From a bacterium (GTDB lineage: Bacteria; UBA8248), in the NCBI GenBank assembly GCA_963692865.2, contig OY843592.1, positions 3,552,001-3,616,000 of the forward strand: a DNA stretch of 64,000 nucleotides, given 5' to 3'. The position numbers were made by a program, and so were the translations under genes. The notes beneath the pieces are model-generated. The model worked only from the letters and a program-made list of their open reading frames with translations. It did not search any database and had not been told where the DNA came from. Below, piece after piece: positions 51,939 through 61,586 of this stretch (position 1 is the stretch's first letter; each line of letters begins with the position of its first letter).

Positions 51939-52508
51939 CTAACCGCCCGGCGGGTGGACGGAGCGCCCGGCGGTTCCGCGAGGCGGGCGGGCCTGGGCGA
52001 GGTCTCTCGGCGGGACGAAGTCGGTGAGAACCGCCGCGCCCTCGCGCAGCGAGGACCAGCGCGCCGCGTCGAGCGCGAACGCGGCCAGGGCGGCGGTCGG
52101 GAATTTTTCGTCCATGCGCCGACGCATCGGTTCGGGTCCGCCGCCGCAAATCCCGGCGGCGAGGTCCTCGATCCCCGGGTTGTGGGCGATAAGCAGCACG
52201 CAATCGACGGCGGCTTCGACCCGTTCGAGGCGTCCCAGCAGGGCCGCCGCGTCCGCTCCGTAGAGGCCGCTCTCGATGCGCGCGACGGCGTCGCGGGCCA
52301 GGACGGGCAGCATCAGGGCCAGGGTCTCGCGGGCGCGCCGGGCGGCCGAGCACAGGATGAGGCCGGGCGACGGGCCGCCATGCGCGAGACGCCGGGCGAT
52401 CAGCGGCGCCGCGCGGCGGCCGCGTTCGCTCAGCGGGCGATCGAAATCGGCCAGCCCCGGCTCCGACCAGCTCGACTTGGCGTGCCGCAGCAGGAAAAGG
52501 GTCTTCAT
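51939..52508 (-). CDS. SixA-like histidine phosphatase
   Basis: LLRHAKS, DFDRPL, CSAARRARET, AHNPG, FPT. Confidence 0.9.
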   Translation of the reverse strand: MKTLFLLRHAKSSWSEPGLADFDRPLSERGRRAAPLIARRLAHGGPSPGLILCSAARRARETLALMLPVLARDAVARIESGLYGADAAALLGRLERVEAAVDCVLLIAHNPGIEDLAAGICGGGPEPMRRRMDEKFPTAALAAFALDAARWSSLREGAAVLTDFVPPRDLAQARPPRGTAGRSVHPPGG

Positions 52509-52704
52509 GGCGCCGTCCGCCTCACGATGGTTTCACCCGGTGCGGGCCATTGTCCTTCAGCCGGGAAAGGGCGTCAAACGGAGCGCAGTCAACGACGGCG
52601 GCGCTTCTCGTTCCCGTACGGCCGGACAAAAATAATGGCGAAGGTTCGGGAAAACGGCTCTCAAGCGGGGCGAAACGCCTCCCTGCGTTTCATCCGTGGG
52701 GCAT

Positions 52705-53140
52705 GGGGCTGTTGAAAAAGCACCTTTAAGGAGGCAAAGGGGCGAACCCGCATGAACCCCGCCCCCCTCGTCGGAACCAACCCCCTATCCCCCCTTGTCG
52801 GGGTTGTTAAAAAACCTGTCCCTCTCGGATCAACTACGTTTTACCTGTAGGGGCCGCATACCATGCGGCCCGGCCTTTTCGCCTTCCCAATACGGGTCGC
52901 ATGATATGCGACCCCTACAATAGAAACGACAATGAAGGCGGTGGTCAATCCGAGCGAAAAGGGGTTTTTCAACAGCCCCTTGTCAGGGGTCAAACGCGAG
53001 TGAGGAACGAGCGTTTGCATAAGCCATTGATGAGAAACACATCGGCTCGCAAAACCTCCCTCTTCGGTCGGTTTTGACCCCTGTCAAGGGGGGGTAGGGG
53101 GGGTTGCCTTTACCCTGCCAGCGGGGTTTTCAACAACCCC
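52705..53140. mobile_element. Nested MITE complex E12 (outer TIR element, inner TIR element 52800-52979, GGGGTCAAA element 52986-53081)
   Basis: Outer flanks GCAT/CCAT. Inner duplications TTGTC/TTGTC and TGTCA/TGTCA inside a C6TTGTCAAG7 palindrome. Confidence 0.87.
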
Positions 53141-53477
53141 CCATACGGTGGGCTGGCCGCATGACTCGATTTTTTGTTTATCGGGGCGATAATTCACGTA
53201 AACGAGGCATAAAACGGCTGAAAAACCAGGGAATTTTCCAGTCGTTTTTACTCTTGAAAAGGGCGGTTCCCGGACCGTTCGCCATTTTTTTCGTCCTCCC
53301 ACGGAGGCGGCGCGCTTTCACGGCTGCGGGCAAGTCGCCCTGCGAGACGGATGATCCGGCTCCGGATTTGAAATCGACGCCGGGCGTGTTAGGTTGCGCG
53401 TTTTGCGCGCGCGCCGCCGGGACAGCCGGACGGGCGCGCCGCGTTTGACCATTGCCCGAGATGGAGGCCGAATCTTC

Positions 53478-54710
53478 ATGAGCCGCGTTCCCGCCACCGA
53501 TATCCATCCCGGCCGCGGCGCCGTGCTCGCGATTATCGTGGCCGGTTGCCTGATCTCGCTCATCGGATTCGGGATCCGCGGGAGCTTCGGGCTCTATCTC
53601 GAGCCGATGACGGTCGCGAACGGGTGGTCGCGCCAGACCTTCGCGTTCGCGATGGCGGTACAGAACCTGTTGTGGGGAATCGGCGTCCCGGTCGCCGGGG
53701 CCATCGCGGACCGGTACGGAACCGCGTTCGTGATCGTCTTCGGCGCCGTCGTCTTCGCGGCGGGCGTCGCGGGCATGGCGGCGGCGGAGAGCGGAATCGC
53801 GCTCCTGTTGAGCGGCGGCCTCCTCGTCGGCCTCGGGGTCGCGTTCACCTCGTTCTCGCTCGTGCTCGCCGCCATCGCGCGGGTCGTGGGGCCGGAGCGC
53901 CGCTCGCTCGCCCTCGGCTTCGGCACCGCGGCCGGCTCGCTCGGTCAGGTGATCTTCTCACCCCTCACCCAGGCGCTGATATCGGGCTACGGCTGGCACG
54001 ACTCGCTCGTGATTATCTCCCTCGTCACGCTGGTCATGATCCCGCTCGCGTTCACCCTGCGGGGCGCGGGCAAGGCGGTCGGCGAGCCGGACTCGGGCCA
54101 GACGCTCGGGGAAGCCCTCGGCGAGGCGATGAGCCATCGCGGCTACGTGCTCCTCACCGCCGGGTTCTTCGTGTGCGGGTTCCACGTCGCGTTCATGGTC
54201 GTGCACTTCCCCGCCTACGTCACCGATCTCGGCCTCTCGCCGCACGTGGGCGCCTATGCGATCTCGATCGTCGGGCTGCTCAACATCTTCGGCGCGTTCA
54301 TGTCGGGCGCCGTCGGCCAGCGGTTCAGCAAGAAGACGAGCCTTTCCGTCATCTACTCGGCCCGGGGGCTGGTCATCCTCGCGCTCCTGACGGCCCCGGC
54401 GAGCGACCTGACGATCTACCTGTTCGCCGCGGCGATGGGGGTGCTGTGGCTCTCGACGGTCCCGCTGACCACCGGCATCGTCGCGCAGCTCTTCGGGCTG
54501 AAATTCATGGCGACCCTCTCCGGCATCGTGTTCCTGGGCCACCAGATCGGAAGCTTCATCGGCGTGTGGATGGGCGGGGTGATCCACGACCGCACCGGCT
54601 CGTACGACCTGATGTGGTGGGCCGCCGCGCTCCTGGCGGCGTTCGCGGCCGTCCTCCATCTGGCCATCGACGAGAAGCCGGTCCCCCGCCTCGCGATGGA
54701 GGAGGGCTGA
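53478..54710 (+). CDS. MFS transporter
   Basis: 12-TM pattern, GAIADRYG, GFFVCGFH, LWLSTVP, HQIGSF. Confidence 0.92.
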   Translation: MSRVPATDIHPGRGAVLAIIVAGCLISLIGFGIRGSFGLYLEPMTVANGWSRQTFAFAMAVQNLLWGIGVPVAGAIADRYGTAFVIVFGAVVFAAGVAGMAAAESGIALLLSGGLLVGLGVAFTSFSLVLAAIARVVGPERRSLALGFGTAAGSLGQVIFSPLTQALISGYGWHDSLVIISLVTLVMIPLAFTLRGAGKAVGEPDSGQTLGEALGEAMSHRGYVLLTAGFFVCGFHVAFMVVHFPAYVTDLGLSPHVGAYAISIVGLLNIFGAFMSGAVGQRFSKKTSLSVIYSARGLVILALLTAPASDLTIYLFAAAMGVLWLSTVPLTTGIVAQLFGLKFMATLSGIVFLGHQIGSFIGVWMGGVIHDRTGSYDLMWWAAALLAAFAAVLHLAIDEKPVPRLAMEEG

Positions 54711-54730
54711 ACGCGGCCGGACGGAAACAA

Positions 54731-55352
54731 GGGGTTGTTGAAAAAGCCTGATTTCGCGATTCGGCGCATATTGCCTACCGGGGAGAGAGAAGAATCACTC
54801 CCCCCTTGAGGGGGAGTAGCAGAAGCCGAGCGGTTTGTGCGAAGGCTGATGCGTGGGGGGTCAAACGCGAGTGAGGAACGAGCGTTTGCAAAGCCATCAA
54901 TGAGAAATACATCGGAACGCAATTCCTCGCTCCTCGCTCGGAATTGACCCCCCACCAACTCGCCTGCGGGCTTCGCCCTTGCCTCGTTGTCGGCCTTCCC
55001 GATTAGAGAAGGCCGACCCTCAAAAGGGGGGAGTGAAATTCAAAAGCGTGTGCGCAACTCAAAATTGCTTCCCGGGGCTTTTTAGGGAGTAAAGGGGACT
55101 GGAAAAGCAATCCCCCCTTGTCGTCAGGGGAGGTAGGGGGGGTTGCTTTTCGATGAGGGGATCCTCCCGCATCAATCGGGTTTGGTCTGTAGGTCAGACA
55201 TATATGTCTGACATATCATGCGGCCCATCGCCGGAGGGGCGAAAAAGGCCGGGTCGCATGATATGCGACCCCTACGGAACGAGACGTAGGGGCGGACCCG
55301 TGTGTCCGCCCGTCGGTCCGACATAGGACAGGCGCGGAGGCCCGTCCCTGCA
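54731..55352. repeat. Compound MITE/REP cluster E13
   Basis: Left TIR at 54731. C/G-family hairpin with a GGGGTCAAA element (about 54857-54951) in its loop. Right end truncated near 55083. GTAG REPs continue up to the GT25 stop. Confidence 0.78.
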
Positions 55353-55358
55353 ACGCCT

Positions 55359-56147
55359 TTACGCGCCCTTGTTCGCGGGCGGGGTAACGCCGATTTCGCC
55401 GCGCAGGAGGCGGCGGAAGGCCGGGCGGCGCCGCATGTCGTGCGACAGGGTGCTCGCGAGGCGCCGCCACGTCACGGAGACGACGCCCTCCGCGCGCTTG
55501 TGCGCCTTGCGCGCGAGTCTGCGGTCGCGCTCGATCTGGGAGTCGTCCTGATCGTCGTGGGAGACGACGGGCGGGTCGACGTAGAAGACGTTCAGCCCGT
55601 TCTCCCAGAAGCGGGAGAGCGCCTGGTCGATTTCGCGCATCATCCGGGGCGTGTTCTCGATAAAATGGCGCGCCGCCTCGCGCGTGATGACGTAGCCTTC
55701 GCTGCCGTAGTCGTGGTAGCGAACCCGCCCGACGCCGTGCCCCGTCTCCAGGCGCTCGCAGGGAATGAAGGCTCTGGTCGAGCGCCGGTTCAGCTTCACG
55801 ACGTCGAAGGCGAACGGCCTGCGCTCCAGCGCGTCCAGCACCTCGGGAAAGTCCGCCGACAGCCCGGCGTCGTCCTCCAGGACAGCCACGGTTTCGGGAC
55901 CGTTCTCCACGACTTCGCGCATGATCCGGCGATGGCTCATCCAGCAGGCAATCTCCGCATCGGCCTGGGGCCAGAGGCCCAGCCGCCGCCTGGTTTCCCT
56001 GTCGACCATTGAATAGGTCTCCTGCGTGAAGTCCCGTATGTCGGCGGCGGGGTGAAACGCCGCTTCCAGACCGAGAGAGGCGAACTGCTCCTCCATCCGG
56101 CGTCTGCGCTCCTTGGCCCTTTCGAGATTGATGACGAACGTTTTCAT
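55359..56147 (-). CDS. Glycosyltransferase family 25
   Basis: FVINL...RR, EIACWMSH, VLEDD, GYVIT, ID. Confidence 0.9.
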   Translation of the reverse strand: MKTFVINLERAKERRRRMEEQFASLGLEAAFHPAADIRDFTQETYSMVDRETRRRLGLWPQADAEIACWMSHRRIMREVVENGPETVAVLEDDAGLSADFPEVLDALERRPFAFDVVKLNRRSTRAFIPCERLETGHGVGRVRYHDYGSEGYVITREAARHFIENTPRMMREIDQALSRFWENGLNVFYVDPPVVSHDDQDDSQIERDRRLARKAHKRAEGVVSVTWRRLASTLSHDMRRRPAFRRLLRGEIGVTPPANKGA

Positions 56148-56227
56148 GGTCGGGTCCCCTCGTGCTCGTGTCGGCGAATCTTTTCCTTAATCTTCGGGAG
56201 AATACTGACGCAGATCCTCCCGCAAGT

Positions 56228-57418
56228 TCAAAGCACCCGGCGGCGCTGGCGCACCAGGTCGAGTATCAGGCGCTCGTACTGATCAACCGAGGCGTCGAAG
56301 GAGAACTCCCGCGCCCTGACGAGCAGGGTATCCTCGTCCGGCGGTGAGTCGAGAACGCGCTCCATGGCCGCCGCAAGCGCGGAATCGTCCCCCACGGGCA
56401 CAAGCGGCCCGAAACGTCCGTCATCCAGTATCTCCGACGCGCCGGCGCGGCAGTTCGTGCTCACGCACGGGCAGCCGCACGCCATCGCCTCGATGAGGAC
56501 GGTGGGCAGACCTTCATATTTGGAGGAAAGAACGAACAGCGAGGCGCGGCTCATGAAGGCGTAGGGGTTCGAGGCCCAGCCGGGCAGGGACACTTTTTTC
56601 TGGATCCCCAGCTTGCGGATCATCTTCTCCAGCCTCTTCCGCCAGCTTCCTTCCCCCAGAATGATCAAGCGGACGTCGCGATTCCGGGAAACCCGCCGGA
56701 ACGCCTTTAGCAAGGTGGGGAAATCCTTGGCCCGCGCGAGCCTTCCGGCAGCCAGTATGACCGGGGGGCCATCGTCGGACATCCAGGGATGATCGGGAAC
56801 CAAGTGAGCCAGTTCGGCGATTTCTTCCGTGACGACGGGATTGTAGATTCGGGAAATTTCTTCGCGGGGGAAATTAATTTTAAGGGTGATACTGTCCGCG
56901 ACGCCGTCCGATACGGCGACGACCCGATCCGCCGTGGGGAACAGAATAGCGTAGAGTTTCCGGAATCTCCGCTTCGTGTGCATGAGAACGATGTGTACGG
57001 TTGGGATCACCACCGGATTCAGCCTGGTGAAACAAAGCGCCAGCAGCGTCGCCGATTTCGCTCCGGGGAGCGAGGGGAGAATGCAGTCCGGCCGTTCTTC
57101 GTCGATATAGGCGGCCACGGAGCGGGCGTCCTTGAGCAAATCCGTCCGCAGATTTTTCAGTATTCTGGAGCCGAAGCGCCGCGCAAGACGAATGCGGTCA
57201 CGAAAACCATGTATCCGTTTCTGTTCCAACAAAAAGCAGCGCGCCTCGGGGGGAATTTCATCTTTAAGCGTCTCAATTTTTTCGAATAAAAGGATGTCCA
57301 CACGATACCCACGTTCAATAAGCCCGCGCGCCAGCCTAAGTACGATACGCTCCGCTCCGCCACCGCCCAAATGAGGAATGATGATGGTGATTCGCAGGGA
57401 TTTTTCAGGCTCGTTCAT
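56228..57418 (-). CDS. Glycosyltransferase family 4
   Basis: GGGAER, VAVS, IYNP, GRL..AK, EGLPTVLIEAMACG. Confidence 0.92.
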   Translation of the reverse strand: MNEPEKSLRITIIIPHLGGGGAERIVLRLARGLIERGYRVDILLFEKIETLKDEIPPEARCFLLEQKRIHGFRDRIRLARRFGSRILKNLRTDLLKDARSVAAYIDEERPDCILPSLPGAKSATLLALCFTRLNPVVIPTVHIVLMHTKRRFRKLYAILFPTADRVVAVSDGVADSITLKINFPREEISRIYNPVVTEEIAELAHLVPDHPWMSDDGPPVILAAGRLARAKDFPTLLKAFRRVSRNRDVRLIILGEGSWRKRLEKMIRKLGIQKKVSLPGWASNPYAFMSRASLFVLSSKYEGLPTVLIEAMACGCPCVSTNCRAGASEILDDGRFGPLVPVGDDSALAAAMERVLDSPPDEDTLLVRAREFSFDASVDQYERLILDLVRQRRRVL

Positions 57419-57644
57419 TTCCAAATACCTTCAAAAGGCCGGCTTTCTGTTTTTCCATGGCCGGTGAGAGTGATTCGGCTTCAAGGATAGTTTCCAGCGC
57501 GTCCTTGAGCATTTCCCGCAGGGAATTTACAGCCGCGTCCATTGAGCGGCCTTCTCCCGTGTAGGGCAATGTCGCATCGCTGACCATGCGAGCGCGAAAA
57601 TCTTTACCTTCGGCTTCCACGTAAATATGATAATCTTCGTCCAT
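57405..57644 (-). CDS. Small HicB-like protein
   Basis: 79 aa: YHIYVEAE...F.A...GEGRSMDAAVNSLREML, HicB N-terminal-like pattern. Confidence 0.5.
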   Translation of the reverse strand: MDEDYHIYVEAEGKDFRARMVSDATLPYTGEGRSMDAAVNSLREMLKDALETILEAESLSPAMEKQKAGLLKVFGNERA

Positions 57645-57730
57645 AGCGACCCCTTTCAAAGTGTTTAACATATTGTATGGGAACCGTTATAAAAGAACGG
57701 AATTTCTTAGTTTAAGGCCTTTCCTGCCAT

Positions 57731-58474
57731 CTAAGTTGTGACCGCTTCGTGTTTGGTATCTGCCATCACGGTTCCATGCTCTGCACGATAAGCACGCCCG
57801 ATATCCACCACCATAATGAGCCCTGCGCTCTTTTCCAGTCTCAGATAGGCATTCTTGAAGCGTTTGCAATACCGGAACAACTCTTTGTTGTAGGGGCCAT
57901 AATTCATGGAGGCCTGAGATTCGGGATCAAGATCGGGGTTCATCAGTTCTGAATATTGATTAGCGAATTCCCGCTCAACGAAACATGGGCAAAGGGTAAA
58001 CCAAGGGAATCTCATCCTGAATGGGGTATAACGAATTCTCTTGCTTCTCGTTTTGAATTTTTGTCTACGGCTTCTCCAGTGTTTCATGTTGTTCTGGTGG
58101 AACATCGTAACCATTTTGGTCCTGCAATCGAGAAGCTCGAATACTTCTTCAGGGTCAACCTTCGCAATCGCCAGCCAATCATCTTCAAGGTGAAGCGCAA
58201 CTGGAGATGATATTTTCGACCAGAGGTTCTTCACCGCCAGACCGAACCCCGGAATTTCCGGCATGGATAATTCGGCGTCCGGGAAATAGTGCAGAATCAT
58301 ATCTCGACACGTCTCCCCGTCTTTAGTCGTCCCCATGTACGGGTCGATGTTTGCGAATACCTGATGGATTACAAAACCGGGGAAAACGTTTTCCCGAAAA
58401 GACTTGAGCGTGAGTTCAAGAAGTTTTGGTCTGCGACCGGAGATCAAGGTAAGGTCAATTTCTGTGATTTCCAC
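57731..58474 (-). CDS. Putative GT-A fold glycosyltransferase
   Basis: RPKLLELTLKSF, LHLEDDW, VDIG. Lower GC, within the GT cluster. Confidence 0.6.
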   Translation of the reverse strand: MEITEIDLTLISGRRPKLLELTLKSFRENVFPGFVIHQVFANIDPYMGTTKDGETCRDMILHYFPDAELSMPEIPGFGLAVKNLWSKISSPVALHLEDDWLAIAKVDPEEVFELLDCRTKMVTMFHQNNMKHWRSRRQKFKTRSKRIRYTPFRMRFPWFTLCPCFVEREFANQYSELMNPDLDPESQASMNYGPYNKELFRYCKRFKNAYLRLEKSAGLIMVVDIGRAYRAEHGTVMADTKHEAVTT

Positions 58475-58557
58475 GTTGCTTCTCCTTTACTCATCAAACC
58501 AGGAAATTCCGTTATTTTTCCCTACCGAGTCTATCCGTCATCTCGTCTCATCTCTTG

Positions 58558-59352
58558 TCATAAATCGCCGCCGTTCCTTGCGCCCCGCACCTTGCGGTAA
58601 AAACATGCGCGCTTGAGAATTTCTTCCCTGCAATGGCTCAGCGCGCGGCTCGGCAGTTTCCAGAAATTCCGTCTCGGCCGGGTACTCTTCGCCTCCTGAA
58701 GGAAAGAATGGCCGCCCGCCTCGTTTCCATCGAACACGACCGGCGTTTCCAGGGAGAAGACGTTCAGCCCGTTTTCCCAGTATGCGTGCAGCGTATGGTC
58801 GGTGCGGTTTACTATTTTCGGGAAGCGCTCCAGAAGACGGCTCGCCCCTTTTTTCGAGACCACGTAACTCTGCGTCCCCCAGTCCGAAAACTTCGTGATG
58901 CCCAGCCGGATGCCCGAATCGACCCTCTTGAGCGGCGCGAAGGGTTTGTCCGTATTGTGCCGGTGCAGAAAAACGAAGTCGAATTCCCAGCCCGAGGCGT
59001 AGAGCCGCGCAAGCGCATCGAGCGCGCCGCCGATTCCGGGCGCGAGCGTTACGTCGTCCTCGAAGACGGCGGCGAGTTCATCCTCTCCCGCCGCGACGCC
59101 TTCGAGCGCCTTCCTGTGGCTCAAGTGGCAGGCGATCATGCCGTCCGAAAGCGGGCGGCGGCCCTCCCTGTCGCGGGATTCCCTGTCCACGAGGGCCCAA
59201 TCCTGCTCGTCCAGGTCGCGCCAGTCCGTGGCGTCTAAAATCTCGAATTCGATACCCAAGGCGCCGAACTGACTGCGCATCGCCTCGCGCCGGGTTTCCG
59301 CACGCGGCAGATTGATGACGATGCACTTCATCGCGCGCGGCGTGTCAACCAC
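58558..59352 (-). CDS. Glycosyltransferase family 25
   Basis: VINL...RR, IACHLSH, FEDD, SYVVS. Paralog of 55359-56147. Confidence 0.9.
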   Translation of the reverse strand: MVDTPRAMKCIVINLPRAETRREAMRSQFGALGIEFEILDATDWRDLDEQDWALVDRESRDREGRRPLSDGMIACHLSHRKALEGVAAGEDELAAVFEDDVTLAPGIGGALDALARLYASGWEFDFVFLHRHNTDKPFAPLKRVDSGIRLGITKFSDWGTQSYVVSKKGASRLLERFPKIVNRTDHTLHAYWENGLNVFSLETPVVFDGNEAGGHSFLQEAKSTRPRRNFWKLPSRALSHCREEILKRACFYRKVRGARNGGDL

Positions 59353-59540
59353 TGTTTCACTCCCTTGTGTTCTTATTTATTTATCAGAATTATTTGTTGA
59401 ATTCCCAATATTTATACATAATGAATGGCATGTTTTGATCACAGATTTTGGTCGAGCATATTTCGCCTGATAAGACATTATTAAACAAGAAGAAAATGGT
59501 TCTAGTATCCGGGTTGAGTGAGAACAAAATTAAATTCATC

Positions 59541-60461
59541 TCAATCAAGACGATATGGAGAACAAATAACCATTGAGTGATTTTTGTGAAAAATCTTATC
59601 GACCAAGGCTAACTTGAAGTCCTTTTTCCAGAAACCGATTTCTCGTAACTCGTAAATGAATTCATAATGGTTTTTTTTCAAAAACTCGATGGCCGGGTTT
59701 GCCCCATTCGAAATGTTCGAGGCCAATATTTCACATACGACAACCGGCTTGTGTTTATTCAGAAGATTAACGGCTCCTTCCAGACATTCCAATTCATGGT
59801 TTTCCACGTCGATTTTCAGAAAGTCGATGTCTTCGCAAGTGTTCACCATTTCCATGTTATCCAGTAAATCGACATCAAATTCCACGCTATTGAATTCATC
59901 ATTTGAAATGGTTGGACTTTTTGCAATAACCGCTTGACTGGCATCTGTTATAGGTTCGATTGCGCGTACCTTTTGATAGACATTTGAACATCCCAGATTT
60001 ACGGGAAAAACATTGCTTGCTAGTTTCGCATTGATTTTCAGAAGTTGATATGTTCTCGGGTGAGGCTCAATAGCAATTACCTTGTCAAAAAATTGCGCAA
60101 AATATAGCGCGTGGGTTCCGATATTCGCCCCGATATCCAGACATACAGCCTTGCTTTTAAGTTTCGGGAAAACTCTTAATGCCAGAAAGTCTAATTCTTT
60201 AATTTCATACCACCCGTTCATAAGTAGCTGCGCAGAAGAGCGATCTGATGAAAAACAAGCAACCTTGGGATATTTTTTTGCATTTTCCTTAATCGCTTCC
60301 GCTAAGTACTTGTGCGTTATACGCCTTGCCCCGTTAATCGGGTGTAATACCAGACGCAGCAAATTTCTTATGAATTTAGTTGCGCCCTTCACGAGAAGCC
60401 CAAGCATTGTCTTATTCTGGAGCATCTGCTGCTGTTCCATGCTCCATTTCATCTTTTTCAT
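59541..60461 (-). CDS. FkbM family methyltransferase
   Basis: LDIGANIG, IEPHP, LKIDVENHE. AT-rich. Start uncertain. Confidence 0.88.
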   Translation of the reverse strand: MKKMKWSMEQQQMLQNKTMLGLLVKGATKFIRNLLRLVLHPINGARRITHKYLAEAIKENAKKYPKVACFSSDRSSAQLLMNGWYEIKELDFLALRVFPKLKSKAVCLDIGANIGTHALYFAQFFDKVIAIEPHPRTYQLLKINAKLASNVFPVNLGCSNVYQKVRAIEPITDASQAVIAKSPTISNDEFNSVEFDVDLLDNMEMVNTCEDIDFLKIDVENHELECLEGAVNLLNKHKPVVVCEILASNISNGANPAIEFLKKNHYEFIYELREIGFWKKDFKLALVDKIFHKNHSMVICSPYRLD

Positions 60462-60619
60462 CGCTTTTCCTCGATAAGCTCCGTTCCAAATCCGCTGGCG
60501 ATAGTAGCATTTCTTCGCTGACGGGGTAACGAGCGGGGGGGGTCTCCATTCGGCGAAAGCGTGGTGAGAGTGATTGGCGGGGGCGGGCATCCGCTTCCGT
60601 TCTGACAGGCGGCGACCAC

Positions 60620-60911
60620 AGGGGGCAGGACAACCCCTCTTCGGGGTTATCCCTGTTACGCGCCTCATTCGGGTGTCGGCGTAAGTCAGACATATATGTC
60701 TGACATATCATGCGGCCCTGCCTTTCCTTCACAATACGGGTCGCATGATATGCGACCCGTATTTTCATGCCTCCCACAAATGGGCCGCATGATATGCGGC
60801 CCCTACAAACCCCTCTGCTTTTCTCCTGCGCGGCTTTTTCAACAACCCCGACAAGGGGGGGGGTAGGGGGGGGTTGCCTTTACCCTGTCGGGGGGCTTTT
60901 TCAACGGCCCC
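60620..60911. repeat. REP cluster E14 ending in two right-hand TIRs
   Basis: GTAG-type palindromes. TTTTTCAACAACCCC ends 60849 and TTTTTCAACGGCCCC ends 60911. The tail parallels 53082-53140. Confidence 0.75.
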
Positions 60912-61211
60912 ACGCCGCAATTCCCCGCACCTACCCGCAATTCCTCTTCTTCCTCAAACCCCGCCCTGCGGTATCGTGCGCGCGGCGCGGGGGAGCGGTT
61001 TCTCCCGCATCGGCGGGAATTGAACCGAAAGGACAGGGGGTATTCTCATGGGATTCAGTGATGCGGCGCGAGTGAAGACGGCGGCTCTCCCCGCCCCGCC
61101 CGGAAATCTCCCGTCATCGTTCGGTCGATTCCCGCTTCTTCGGCCGGAACGGACTCCCGCTCCCCGTTCAGGCTCCACCGCCGGAGGGGCGGCGGATTCA
61201 GGGAAACGATT

Positions 61212-61230
61212 GATAATGAAAATAATGATA
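61212..61230. promoter_or_regulatory. Fur-box-like site
   Basis: GATAATGAAAATAATGATA matches 15/19 of GATAATGATAATCATTATC. Confidence 0.45.
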
Positions 61231-61586
61231 TTTTGTATAAATTCGTATAAATTCACGGGGTTTTTGGATAAATTCCTGAAAACGGACGGCGCGGGAACAA
61301 AAATTACAATTCTTTTTATTTCAGTATTTTACAACCGGATCATAAACCGAAAATCGAATTTTTTTCAAGAATTTATCGAAATAAAAAGGTTTTTCGCAAC
61401 CCCGCATTTCCCCGCAACCGCCCGCATTTGCGCCCCGGAGCGCGGGCGCCGGCACAGGCCCGGCCGGGACGCCCCGGCGGGGCCTGCGGCCGAAATCCCC
61501 CCGGCGTCCGGCGGAGGCTTTTTCGTTTCCCCCGCAACGTGGTATATTCGGGGCACACCCCCGCCGCACTGGGAGACGCGCCGCGC

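Noticed and set aside
54731-60849. Single composite transposon from the left TIR at 54731 to the right TIR at 60849 (AACAA/GACAA flanks)
   Set aside because: E13 has its own truncated right arm near 55083, and GACAA is part of the C/G palindrome, so the apparent duplication is not reliable.
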